A stretch of DNA of 5,286 bases, from assembly GCA_937968065.1 (NCBI GenBank), contig CALBUD010000066.1, positions 1 through 5,286 of the forward strand, written 5' to 3'. This DNA comes from Candidatus Iainarchaeum sp. Its GTDB lineage: Archaea > Iainarchaeota > Iainarchaeia > Iainarchaeales > CSSED10-239. Below, piece by piece: positions 1 through 5,278 of the stretch; position 1 is the first letter of the stretch, and each line of letters starts with the position of its first letter. The translations under genes were made by a program, and so were the position numbers. The notes under the pieces are model-generated. The model was not told where the DNA came from. It searched no databases and worked only from the letters and a program-made list of their open reading frames with translations.

Positions 1-702
1 ATTACACCCAGATTCTAAAGAACCATCTAAAGAAGATGTCCAAGAACAAGTGTAAGATCCAGAGTTATTATCCACAGAAGCTAAAAAATTAATTTCTTCT
101 CCAAAAGAAAAAGAAGAATTATTTTCTGGAGAATCAATACTTATTAATAATAAAGGCTCTCTTTCAGGTCTCTCTCTTTCAATTGTTTGTAAAGTTACAA
201 CATCAGAAGAATCAATCTCTGTTAAAAACATTATTTTGTTTCTATCTATTTTTTTAATATATAAATTAAATTTATTACCTTTTAGAAAAACATCTCCCAA
301 AAATTCAATTTCAGAAAGGTTTAAACCAACTATATATTTTTGATCATCTCTATAAAGATATTTTCTTCCTTCAGTTACTAAAACTTTATTTGGATGATGT
401 TCTCCTTCTCCTATGTGATAAATCTCTAATCTTTGAGTGTTTGAATCAATTTCTAAAGTTAGTTTTGATAAATCTAAAGTTAAAGAAGCAATTGAGTTTG
501 TAGGACTTTCTAAAACCTCATTTATTTTTAAATTAATTTCTTGTATATATTTTTCAGAAATTTCAAAATTTTGTTTTGAAATTGATTTTTTAATAGCTGG
601 ATTAACTCCAGTAATAATAATTGCAATAACTCCAGTAACAATAGCAATAACTATAACATAACTAATAACTTCAGAAACCCCTTTACTGTTCTTTAAAAAC
701 AT
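1..702 (-). CDS. Archaeal type IV pilin-like (class III signal peptide) surface protein. First 234 codons only; the 3' end runs off the left edge of the window.
   Basis: Absent from the ORF track because there is no stop inside the window. I read + strand triplets 1-3, 4-6 ... 700-702 and none is TTA/CTA/TCA, so the minus frame is open for 234 codons from the ATG (CAT at 700-702 on +). An in-frame upstream stop lies at 736-738. Translation starts MFLKNSKGVSEVISYVIVIAIVTGVIAIIITGVNPAIKK: a short basic leader, KG|VSEV, then about 22 hydrophobic residues. This is the archaeal prepilin / Pilin_N (DUF1628-like) pattern, not the bacterial G|FTLIE pattern. The distal part (ISIDSPENNSSFSFGEEINFLASVDNNSGSYTCSWTSSLDGS) looks like the start of an Ig/PKD-like beta domain. 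Confidence 0.7.
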   Translation of the reverse strand, partial: MFLKNSKGVSEVISYVIVIAIVTGVIAIIITGVNPAIKKSISKQNFEISEKYIQEINLKINEVLESPTNSIASLTLDLSKLTLEIDSNTQRLEIYHIGEGEHHPNKVLVTEGRKYLYRDDQKYIVGLNLSEIEFLGDVFLKGNKFNLYIKKIDRNKIMFLTEIDSSDVVTLQTIERERPEREPLLLISIDSPENNSSFSFGEEINFLASVDNNSGSYTCSWTSSLDGSLESGCN

Positions 703-843
703 AATTTTTTCTTTCTTAAAATTAATATATATTAATTAAATATATTATCAAAAATATACTAATATATATTATATGAAATCTTTATAAACATATTTAATCT
801 ATATTATATAGTAAAATATAAGTTATTTTTAAAAAAAAATAGT
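703..843. promoter_or_regulatory. Divergent AT-only promoter region for the pilin-like gene (-) and tRNA-His (+).
   Basis: 141-nt spacer that is almost pure A/T. A TATA-like AAAATATAAG at 813-822 is centred about 26 nt upstream of the tRNA 5' end (844). ATTAATATATATTAAT at 721-736 is centred about 26 nt upstream of the minus-strand ATG at 702. Such motifs arise easily by chance in sequence this AT-rich. Confidence 0.4.
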
Positions 844-916
844 GGTCCGGATAGTGTAGTGGTTAGCATAGAGGTCTGTGGATCCTCTGACCCGGGTTCG
901 AATCCCGGTCCGGACC
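844..916 (+). tRNA. tRNA-His, anticodon GUG, with genome-encoded G-1 and no encoded CCA.
   Basis: Hand-folded cloverleaf. Acceptor stem 845-851 GTCCGGA pairs with 909-915 TCCGGAC (7/7). The extra G844 pairs with discriminator C916 (G-1:C73, the histidine identity element). D stem is 854-857 / 866-869 with two G-U pairs. Anticodon stem is 871-875 / 883-887, and the loop CTGTGGA (876-882) gives anticodon GTG at 878-880. T stem is 892-896 CCGGG / 904-908 CCCGG with loop TTCGAAT. The sequence after C916 is CTC, not CCA. Confidence 0.9.
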
Positions 917-920
917 CTCT

Positions 921-936
921 TATTTTTAAAAAAAAA
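921..936. terminator. Bidirectional oligo-T terminator shared by the convergent tRNA-His (+) and aspS (-).
   Basis: TATTTTTAAAAAAAAA gives a T5 run (923-927) on + just after the tRNA. It also gives a T9 run on - (A928-A936) immediately after the aspS TAG stop (937-939). Archaeal termination typically occurs at oligo-T tracts. Confidence 0.5.
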
Positions 937-2337
937 CTATTTATCTAATTTTATAAAAACATCTTTTAATTGTTTATCAGAAACAACATTTGGAGAGTTT
1001 TCCATTAAAGCCATACCTGATTTTGTTTTTGGAAATGCAATAAAATCTTTAATTGAATCTTTACCTTTTAAAATCATAAGCAAACGATCAAGACCAATTG
1101 CAAAACCACCATGAGGTGGAGCTCCAAACTTAAAAGCATCTAGAAGAAAACCAAACTTTTCTTTTGCCTCATTATCACTTAATCCTAAAACATTAAATAT
1201 TTTATTTTGTCTTAAAGAATCATGTATTCTCATACCACCAGATCCTAATTCAACACCATTTAAAACAAGATCAAAAGATTCAGAATAAAGAGAAAGATAT
1301 TCTTCATTTGTTTTACAAGAATCTAATTTTTCCCAAGATTCTTCAGTTGCTTGTGTAAAAGGGTGATGTGCTGAAACAACACGATTTTCATTTTCATTCA
1401 TTTCAAATAAAGGAAAGTTATCAACCCAAACAAAAGCAAACTCTTCTTTATTATTTTTATCTTTTCTTATATCTGGTTTATCAGTTTTATATTTTTCAAT
1501 AGATTCTTTATAACTTATGTGCGGAAAAGGAATTTTTAAGTCAATGTTTAAAACTTCTTTAAACATTTGTTTTAACATTTTTTCAAAAATCTCTTGAATA
1601 TCTTCTTTTGTTATAAAAGACATCTCTAAATCAAGTTGAGTAAACTCTGGCTGTCTGTCTCCTCTTAAATCTTCATCTCTTAAACATTTTGCAATCTGAT
1701 AATATCTATCAAACCCTGAAACCATTAAAGTCTGTTTATAAACTTGTGGAGATTGTGGAAGAGAATAAAACATTCCAGGATTCATTCTTGAAGGAACTAT
1801 ATAATCTCTAGCACCTTCCGGTGTACTTCTACAAAGCATAGGAGTATCAACATCTAAAAAAGATTTAGAATCTAGAAAATTTCTTATTGATGAAATTATT
1901 CTTTGTTTAAAAACAAAATTTTCAAGCATATCTTGTCTTCTTAAATCTAAATATCTATATTTAAGTCTTGTTTCTTCAGTTGCAAGAAGCTCTCCTGTAA
2001 CCTCTACTGGTAGAGAATCTTGACAAACATTTAAAATATCTAACTCTTCTGTTAAAACTTCAACATCTCCTGTTTTAAGTTTTGGATTTGGGTTTGGTTT
2101 TACTTGTACCTTTCCTTTAACCTTTATAACATATTCTGGTTTTATTGAATCAAGAAAAGAAAGTTTTTCAATTAAATCTTTTAAGATAATTATTTGTGTT
2201 ATTCCATATCTATCTCTTAAGTCTAAAAAAATCATGTTTTTTCCAGATTTTCTAACTGAAGAGACCCAACCACAAAGAATAACTTTTTCTTCTTTATTTT
2301 CTTTTCTTAATTCTCCACAGGTGTGTGTTCTAAGCAT
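937..2337 (-). CDS. aspS: Aspartyl-tRNA synthetase (class IIb), bacterial-type core without the GAD insertion domain, 466 aa.
   Basis: The N-terminal OB/anticodon-binding region reads MLRTHTCGELR...LCGWVSSVRKSGKNMIFLDLRDRYGITQ. Also present are TEETRLKYRYLDLRR, motif 1 region FLDVDTPML, TPEGARDYIVPSR, FYSLPQSPQVYKQ, motif 2 CLRDEDLRGDRQPEFTQLDLEMSF, HHPFT, and motif 3 GAPPHGGFAIGLDRLLMIL. ATG is at 2335-2337 (CAT on +) and the stop is TAG. A TATA-like TTATATAAAT (minus strand of 2361-2370) sits about 28 nt upstream of the ATG. Confidence 0.95.
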   Translation of the reverse strand: MLRTHTCGELRKENKEEKVILCGWVSSVRKSGKNMIFLDLRDRYGITQIIILKDLIEKLSFLDSIKPEYVIKVKGKVQVKPNPNPKLKTGDVEVLTEELDILNVCQDSLPVEVTGELLATEETRLKYRYLDLRRQDMLENFVFKQRIISSIRNFLDSKSFLDVDTPMLCRSTPEGARDYIVPSRMNPGMFYSLPQSPQVYKQTLMVSGFDRYYQIAKCLRDEDLRGDRQPEFTQLDLEMSFITKEDIQEIFEKMLKQMFKEVLNIDLKIPFPHISYKESIEKYKTDKPDIRKDKNNKEEFAFVWVDNFPLFEMNENENRVVSAHHPFTQATEESWEKLDSCKTNEEYLSLYSESFDLVLNGVELGSGGMRIHDSLRQNKIFNVLGLSDNEAKEKFGFLLDAFKFGAPPHGGFAIGLDRLLMILKGKDSIKDFIAFPKTKSGMALMENSPNVVSDKQLKDVFIKLDK

Positions 2338-2413
2338 ATTTATTTCACATTTTTTTAATAATTTATATAAGTGTATATATATTATGCAAGATATAGTTTA
2401 TAAATATATAATT

Positions 2414-3628
2414 TTATTTGTTATTTAGATATAATCTATAGATTTTATCTTCTTTTAAAAAATTTAAAAGTTTTTTTCTAAAAGAAGAATCAAAGAAATC
2501 TTCTTTTAAAAGATTTGAGATTTGTATATAAGATAGATCAGATACTTGATCCCAAAGGTTTGATTCTTTTATTATTTTTTCAAGTTCTTTTCTTTCAAGA
2601 GAACCTTTCTCTGGAATCTTATATGAAGCATATTGTTTTATTAGTAAAGATTTATCTTTTCCAAAAATCTTTTCTAAATTATTTTTTTTAGAATAAACTA
2701 AAATAGCATCTTTTAATTTTTCAAGTTCTGTATCTATTTCTTTTGATAATTTTTTTTTCTTTTCTGAAAATTCCTGATATTTATTAACTAAAAAAACTCC
2801 TTCTTCTTTTAAATATTCATTTTCTGGAAGTTCTTTTGTTATAACATCATGAGATTTAAAAGGACAGATAGATCTAAAGTTACACCAATCACAAAGAGCA
2901 GAAGGATTTCCTGGAAAACTATTTTTTTCTTTAGAAGTTTCAATTTCTCTTATAATTTTAATAGTTTCTTTTTTTAAATTTTCAAGATCAAGATCAGTTC
3001 TTTTTGAAACTTGTTTTATGTTTGATTGTAAAAAAAACCAACAAAGATCTATTTCTTCTATAAAAGGAAATTTTTCTTTTATTGCTATTGAATAAAGAGC
3101 AAGTTGTTTATCTAAATCAACTTCTTGTTGTGTTTTTGGTGTATTGTTTGTTTTATAATCTATTATTTCTATTTTTTTTTCTGAAACTAAAGATAATCTA
3201 TCAATATATCCTATAAGATTGTAAGTTTTATTTTTTTCTTTATCATATAAAGAAATATCAATTTGCATTTCAAGACCAATTGTTTTTCCTTGATTGAATG
3301 GTTTATAAGTATTATAATAATCAACTAAACATTTTTCACCTAAAGACTTATAATTTTCTTCATTATATCCTTCTCTTATAATTTCTACTTTTTCTAAAGA
3401 AAAATTATCTTTCCAAAAATTATTATAGATGTTTATTACTTCTTCTAAAGATAAAAGTTTATTATATTTTAAATCTGTATATAGTTTTTCTAAAGTATTA
3501 TGAACCATAGAACCCATAAAAGCTTCTATGTTTTGTTTTATAGGAATATCTACTTTTTCTATATACCTATATTTAAATTGAAGAGGACAGTTTCTAAAAG
3601 TTTCTATTGAAGAATGGGAATATCTCAT
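2414..3628 (-). CDS. Cas4/AddB-like PD-(D/E)XK nuclease with a 4-Cys Fe-S cluster motif plus an uncharacterised ~150-aa C-terminal extension. 404 aa from the ATG at 3628; the track ORF extends to a TTG at 3715.
   Basis: Residue numbers follow the 433-aa track ORF. YSHSSIETFRNCPLQFKYRYI supplies the first Cys (C43). MGSMVHNTLEKLY is the conserved His motif. GLEMQI, GYIDRL (D172) and IEIIDYKT (D186-x-K188) form the D...(D/E)xK core. QLALYS is the QxxxY motif. CDWCNFRSIC is C275-x2-C278-x5-C284 (codons at 2864-2893). Family members normally start just before the YS.SS motif, which favours the ATG at 3626-3628 (M30) over the upstream TTG. The 29 extra residues have no recognisable features and no SD precedes the TTG. 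Confidence 0.85.
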   Translation of the reverse strand: MRYSHSSIETFRNCPLQFKYRYIEKVDIPIKQNIEAFMGSMVHNTLEKLYTDLKYNKLLSLEEVINIYNNFWKDNFSLEKVEIIREGYNEENYKSLGEKCLVDYYNTYKPFNQGKTIGLEMQIDISLYDKEKNKTYNLIGYIDRLSLVSEKKIEIIDYKTNNTPKTQQEVDLDKQLALYSIAIKEKFPFIEEIDLCWFFLQSNIKQVSKRTDLDLENLKKETIKIIREIETSKEKNSFPGNPSALCDWCNFRSICPFKSHDVITKELPENEYLKEEGVFLVNKYQEFSEKKKKLSKEIDTELEKLKDAILVYSKKNNLEKIFGKDKSLLIKQYASYKIPEKGSLERKELEKIIKESNLWDQVSDLSYIQISNLLKEDFFDSSFRKKLLNFLKEDKIYRLYLNNK

Positions 3629-3780
3629 AAGGTAATCACATTTATATTTAAGATTAAAAGAGTTTATAATGTTTATGGATGTTTGTGGCCTATAAATTAA
3701 TCTTTTCTCGGCCAAGAGGGGTCTCTAGGAAGTTATATGTTCTAGTAAAGTTATTAATATTTTATTGATCTAAAAAGATT

Positions 3781-3800
3781 CTTTTTTTTTAAAAAAAAAG
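3781..3800. repeat. Perfect 20-bp palindrome C-T9-A9-G (oligo-T on both strands) inside the nuclease/radC divergent spacer. Function unknown, terminator-like.
   Basis: Read directly: CTTTTTTTTTAAAAAAAAAG. On + it is preceded by the hairpin GATCT-AAAA-AGATT (3767-3780). On - it is preceded by an 11-bp stem at 3812-3838 that closes fully only as minus-strand RNA, because three positions are G-U there and A-C on +. Confidence 0.6.
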
Positions 3801-3870
3801 GGTCTTTTTTTCTCCCCTCCTTTTTAAAAGGAAGAAAGGTTTATTTATTGATATAGATTTTAAAAAAAAT

Positions 3871-4539
3871 ATGAGACTAAAAGATATTTCCCCAGAAAAC
3901 AGACCCCTGGAAAGATTAAAAGAGTATGGAAGTAAAAGCTTATCAAACACAGAACTTCTTGCAATCATCTTAAAAACTGGAACTAAAGACATAAACATTT
4001 TAGATTTATCAAACCAAGTTCTTTCAAGATATCCTTTTGAAACTCTTGAAAACACAAGTATACAAGAACTTCTAACTATAAAAGGCATAGGTCCTGTTAA
4101 AGCTTGTCAGATAAAAGCAATTATAGAGCTTTATAAAAGAATATCTCTTAAAAATATTAAAGAAAATATTAAGGTATACTCTCCAAAAACAGCATACGAG
4201 ATATTAAGATTAGATATTGAAAATAAAGAGAATGAATTTTTAGTTGCTCTTTTTCTAAAAGGAAACCAAATTATCTCAAAAAAGATAATAACTATAGGAA
4301 CTGATAACCAAACACTAATTTCTGAAAAAGAGATTATAAGGCAAGCAATCAAGGAAAATGCTCAAGGAATAATTATTGCACACAATCATCCTTCAGGTGA
4401 GTGTTATCCTTCAAGAGAGGATAGAATAGCAACAAACAGACTAAAAGATGTTTGTAAAAATATTGACATAAATCTTCTAGATCATTTAATAATCACAAAA
4501 GAAAAATATTTTTCTTTTAAAGAAAATGGAGGGTTATAG
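3871..4539 (+). CDS. radC: RadC-like JAB/MPN domain protein (UPF0758 / YicR family), 222 aa.
   Basis: The N-terminus has RadC-type helix-hairpin-helix motifs: MRLKDISPENRPLERLKEYGSKSLSNTELLAIILKTGTKDINILDLSNQVL ... LLTIKGIGPVKACQIKAIIEL. The C-terminal JAB domain shows NEFLVALFL and IIIAHNHPSGECYPSREDRIATNRL (HNHPSG codons 4381-4398), then LLDHLII...YFSF. TTTATTTATT at 3840-3849 is centred about 26 nt upstream of the ATG and no SD is present, consistent with a leaderless archaeal mRNA. Confidence 0.9.
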   Translation: MRLKDISPENRPLERLKEYGSKSLSNTELLAIILKTGTKDINILDLSNQVLSRYPFETLENTSIQELLTIKGIGPVKACQIKAIIELYKRISLKNIKENIKVYSPKTAYEILRLDIENKENEFLVALFLKGNQIISKKIITIGTDNQTLISEKEIIRQAIKENAQGIIIAHNHPSGECYPSREDRIATNRLKDVCKNIDINLLDHLIITKEKYFSFKENGGL

Positions 4540-4601
4540 AAACATATAAAAACATATTTAAACATAATTATGTTTATAAGCAAGATTATGTTTAAGAGGT
4601 G
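4540..4601 (+). promoter_or_regulatory. Candidate vapBC promoter/operator: five copies of the 7-mer AAACATA (three direct, two inverted), followed by a strong Shine-Dalgarno.
   Basis: AAACATA occurs at 4540-4546, 4550-4556 and 4560-4566, an exact 10-bp period. The inverted copy TATGTTT occurs at 4569-4575 and 4587-4593. Copy 3 and inverted copy 1 form the perfect 16-bp palindrome AAACATAATTATGTTT (4560-4575). GAGGTG at 4596-4601 lies 5 nt before the ATG at 4607. Confidence 0.45.
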
Positions 4602-4606
4602 TTTTT

Positions 4607-4840
4607 ATGGTAAGTGTTACTTTAGCTGTGACAAAAGAAATTAAGGACAAAATGAAAGAACATAGTGAAATTAATTGGTCTGAATTTATAAGAAAAAAAA
4701 TTAAAAAAAAAATTGAAGATATGGAAACTATAAATAAAATAATTGAGAAAGAAAAAGATATTACAGAGTGGGCTTTATCTCTTCAGAAAAAATCAAGAGA
4801 AGACTCAAACAGATTTAAGAAACTAAATAAAAAGATGTGA
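4607..4840 (+). CDS. vapB: VapB-like antitoxin, probable ribbon-helix-helix (CopG-like) DNA-binding protein, 77 aa.
   Basis: VSVTLAVTKEIKDKMKEHSEINWSEFIRKKIKKKIE fits a beta-strand / helix / helix RHH layout. It resembles the xVxVxxELxxKxKxxxINWSExIR pattern of archaeal PIN-associated antitoxins. The C-terminal tail is charged. The gene is small, sits immediately upstream of a PIN gene and has a strong SD. The call rests on context plus a weak motif. Confidence 0.6.
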   Translation: MVSVTLAVTKEIKDKMKEHSEINWSEFIRKKIKKKIEDMETINKIIEKEKDITEWALSLQKKSREDSNRFKKLNKKM

Positions 4841-4846
4841 TTTTTT

Positions 4847-5278
4847 TTGAGAATAGTTGTTGACACAAATATACTTTTTTCGTATTTCTGGGAAAAATCA
4901 ATTACAAAAAAAATAATTAATCTACAATCTTTTGAATTTTACACCCCAAGTTTTGCATTTCAAGAAATTAAAAAATATAAAAAAGAAATAATTCTAAAAA
5001 CAAAAATAACAGAAAAAGAATATTTAAAAATAATCTTAGAACTTAAAAAAAGAATTATAATAATTAATGAAAAAGAATACTTTTCAAAAATTAAAAATAT
5101 CACTCATATCCCAGATGTTAATGATATTGACTTTATAGCTTTATCAAATCATTTAGACAAAGTTTTATGGAGTAACGATAAAAAACTTAAAGAACAAAAT
5201 TACACTTTAGTTTTAAACACAGAAGAAATCCTAAAAATTATGTTTAAACTTAATATTCAAATCAGACTTGTTTTTTAA
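4847..5278 (+). CDS. vapC: PIN-domain ribonuclease toxin (VapC-like), 143 aa, TTG start.
   Basis: MRIVVDTNILF supplies the conserved D6. FQEIKKY (E40), DVNDIDFIALS (D93/D95) and LWSNDKKL (D111) complete the usual acidic PIN tetrad in the expected order and spacing. No in-frame ATG exists upstream of the DTN motif, so the TTG at 4847-4849 is the only start that keeps the active site. The gene begins 6 nt after the vapB stop. Confidence 0.8.
   Translation: MRIVVDTNILFSYFWEKSITKKIINLQSFEFYTPSFAFQEIKKYKKEIILKTKITEKEYLKIILELKKRIIIINEKEYFSKIKNITHIPDVNDIDFIALSNHLDKVLWSNDKKLKEQNYTLVLNTEEILKIMFKLNIQIRLVF

Noticed and set aside
437-661. 74-aa + strand ORF from the track (MFESISKVSFDKSK...).
   Set aside because: It lies entirely antisense to the open minus-strand pilin-like reading frame. 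Its hydrophobic I/T/A-rich tail is just the reverse complement of the pilin transmembrane helix codons. It has no start context or recognisable motif.
721-736. Perfect 16-bp palindrome ATTAATATATATTAAT as a dedicated regulator binding site.
   Set aside because: In a spacer made almost purely of A/T, an 8+8 palindrome is expected fairly often by chance. Its position (-26 from the pilin ATG) is adequately explained as a TATA box.
844-916. tRNA-His as an integration site (att) for the nuclease/RadC/VapBC cluster.
   Set aside because: The gene immediately next to the tRNA is housekeeping aspS. I found no second copy of the tRNA 3' half (GGTTCGAATCCCGGTCCGGAC or sub-fragments) elsewhere in the window, and no integrase is present. 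An att repeat beyond the window cannot be excluded.
878-1114. 78-aa + strand ORF from the track.
   Set aside because: It starts inside the tRNA-His gene, crosses the terminator and runs antisense to the conserved C-terminus (motif 3 region) of aspS. It is a by-product of AT-rich codon bias.
2234-2428. 64-aa + strand ORF from the track.
   Set aside because: It is antisense to the aspS N-terminus and promoter and extends into the nuclease stop region. It has no motif and low-complexity composition.
3629-3715. TTG start at 3715, which would give the nuclease a 29-aa N-terminal extension (MAEKRLIYRPQTSINIINSFNLKYKCDYL).
   Set aside because: PD-(D/E)XK/Cas4-like proteins normally begin just before the YS.SS...CP motif, which fits the ATG at 3628. 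The extension has no conserved features and the TTG has no SD or TATA spacing. It is kept only as a low-probability alternative.
3789-4088. 99-aa minus-strand ORF from the track.
   Set aside because: It is antisense to the well-supported radC N-terminal region and ends in the poly-A/T palindrome. It has no recognisable domain. The similar 73-aa ORF at 4131-4352 is rejected for the same reason.
4570-4644. 24-codon ORF beginning at the ATG inside the operator repeat (ATGTTTATAAGCAAG...).
   Set aside because: It is out of frame with and overlaps vapB, has no SD, and its ATG is simply part of the repeated TATGTTT word.
4838-4840. TGA recoding (alternative genetic code) that would fuse VapB and VapC into one protein.
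   Set aside because: All other ORFs are full-length under the standard code with no in-frame TGA, and they end in TAA or TAG, so nothing requires recoding. Separate small antitoxin and PIN toxin genes are the normal arrangement. Only occasional read-through is kept as a possibility, under findings.
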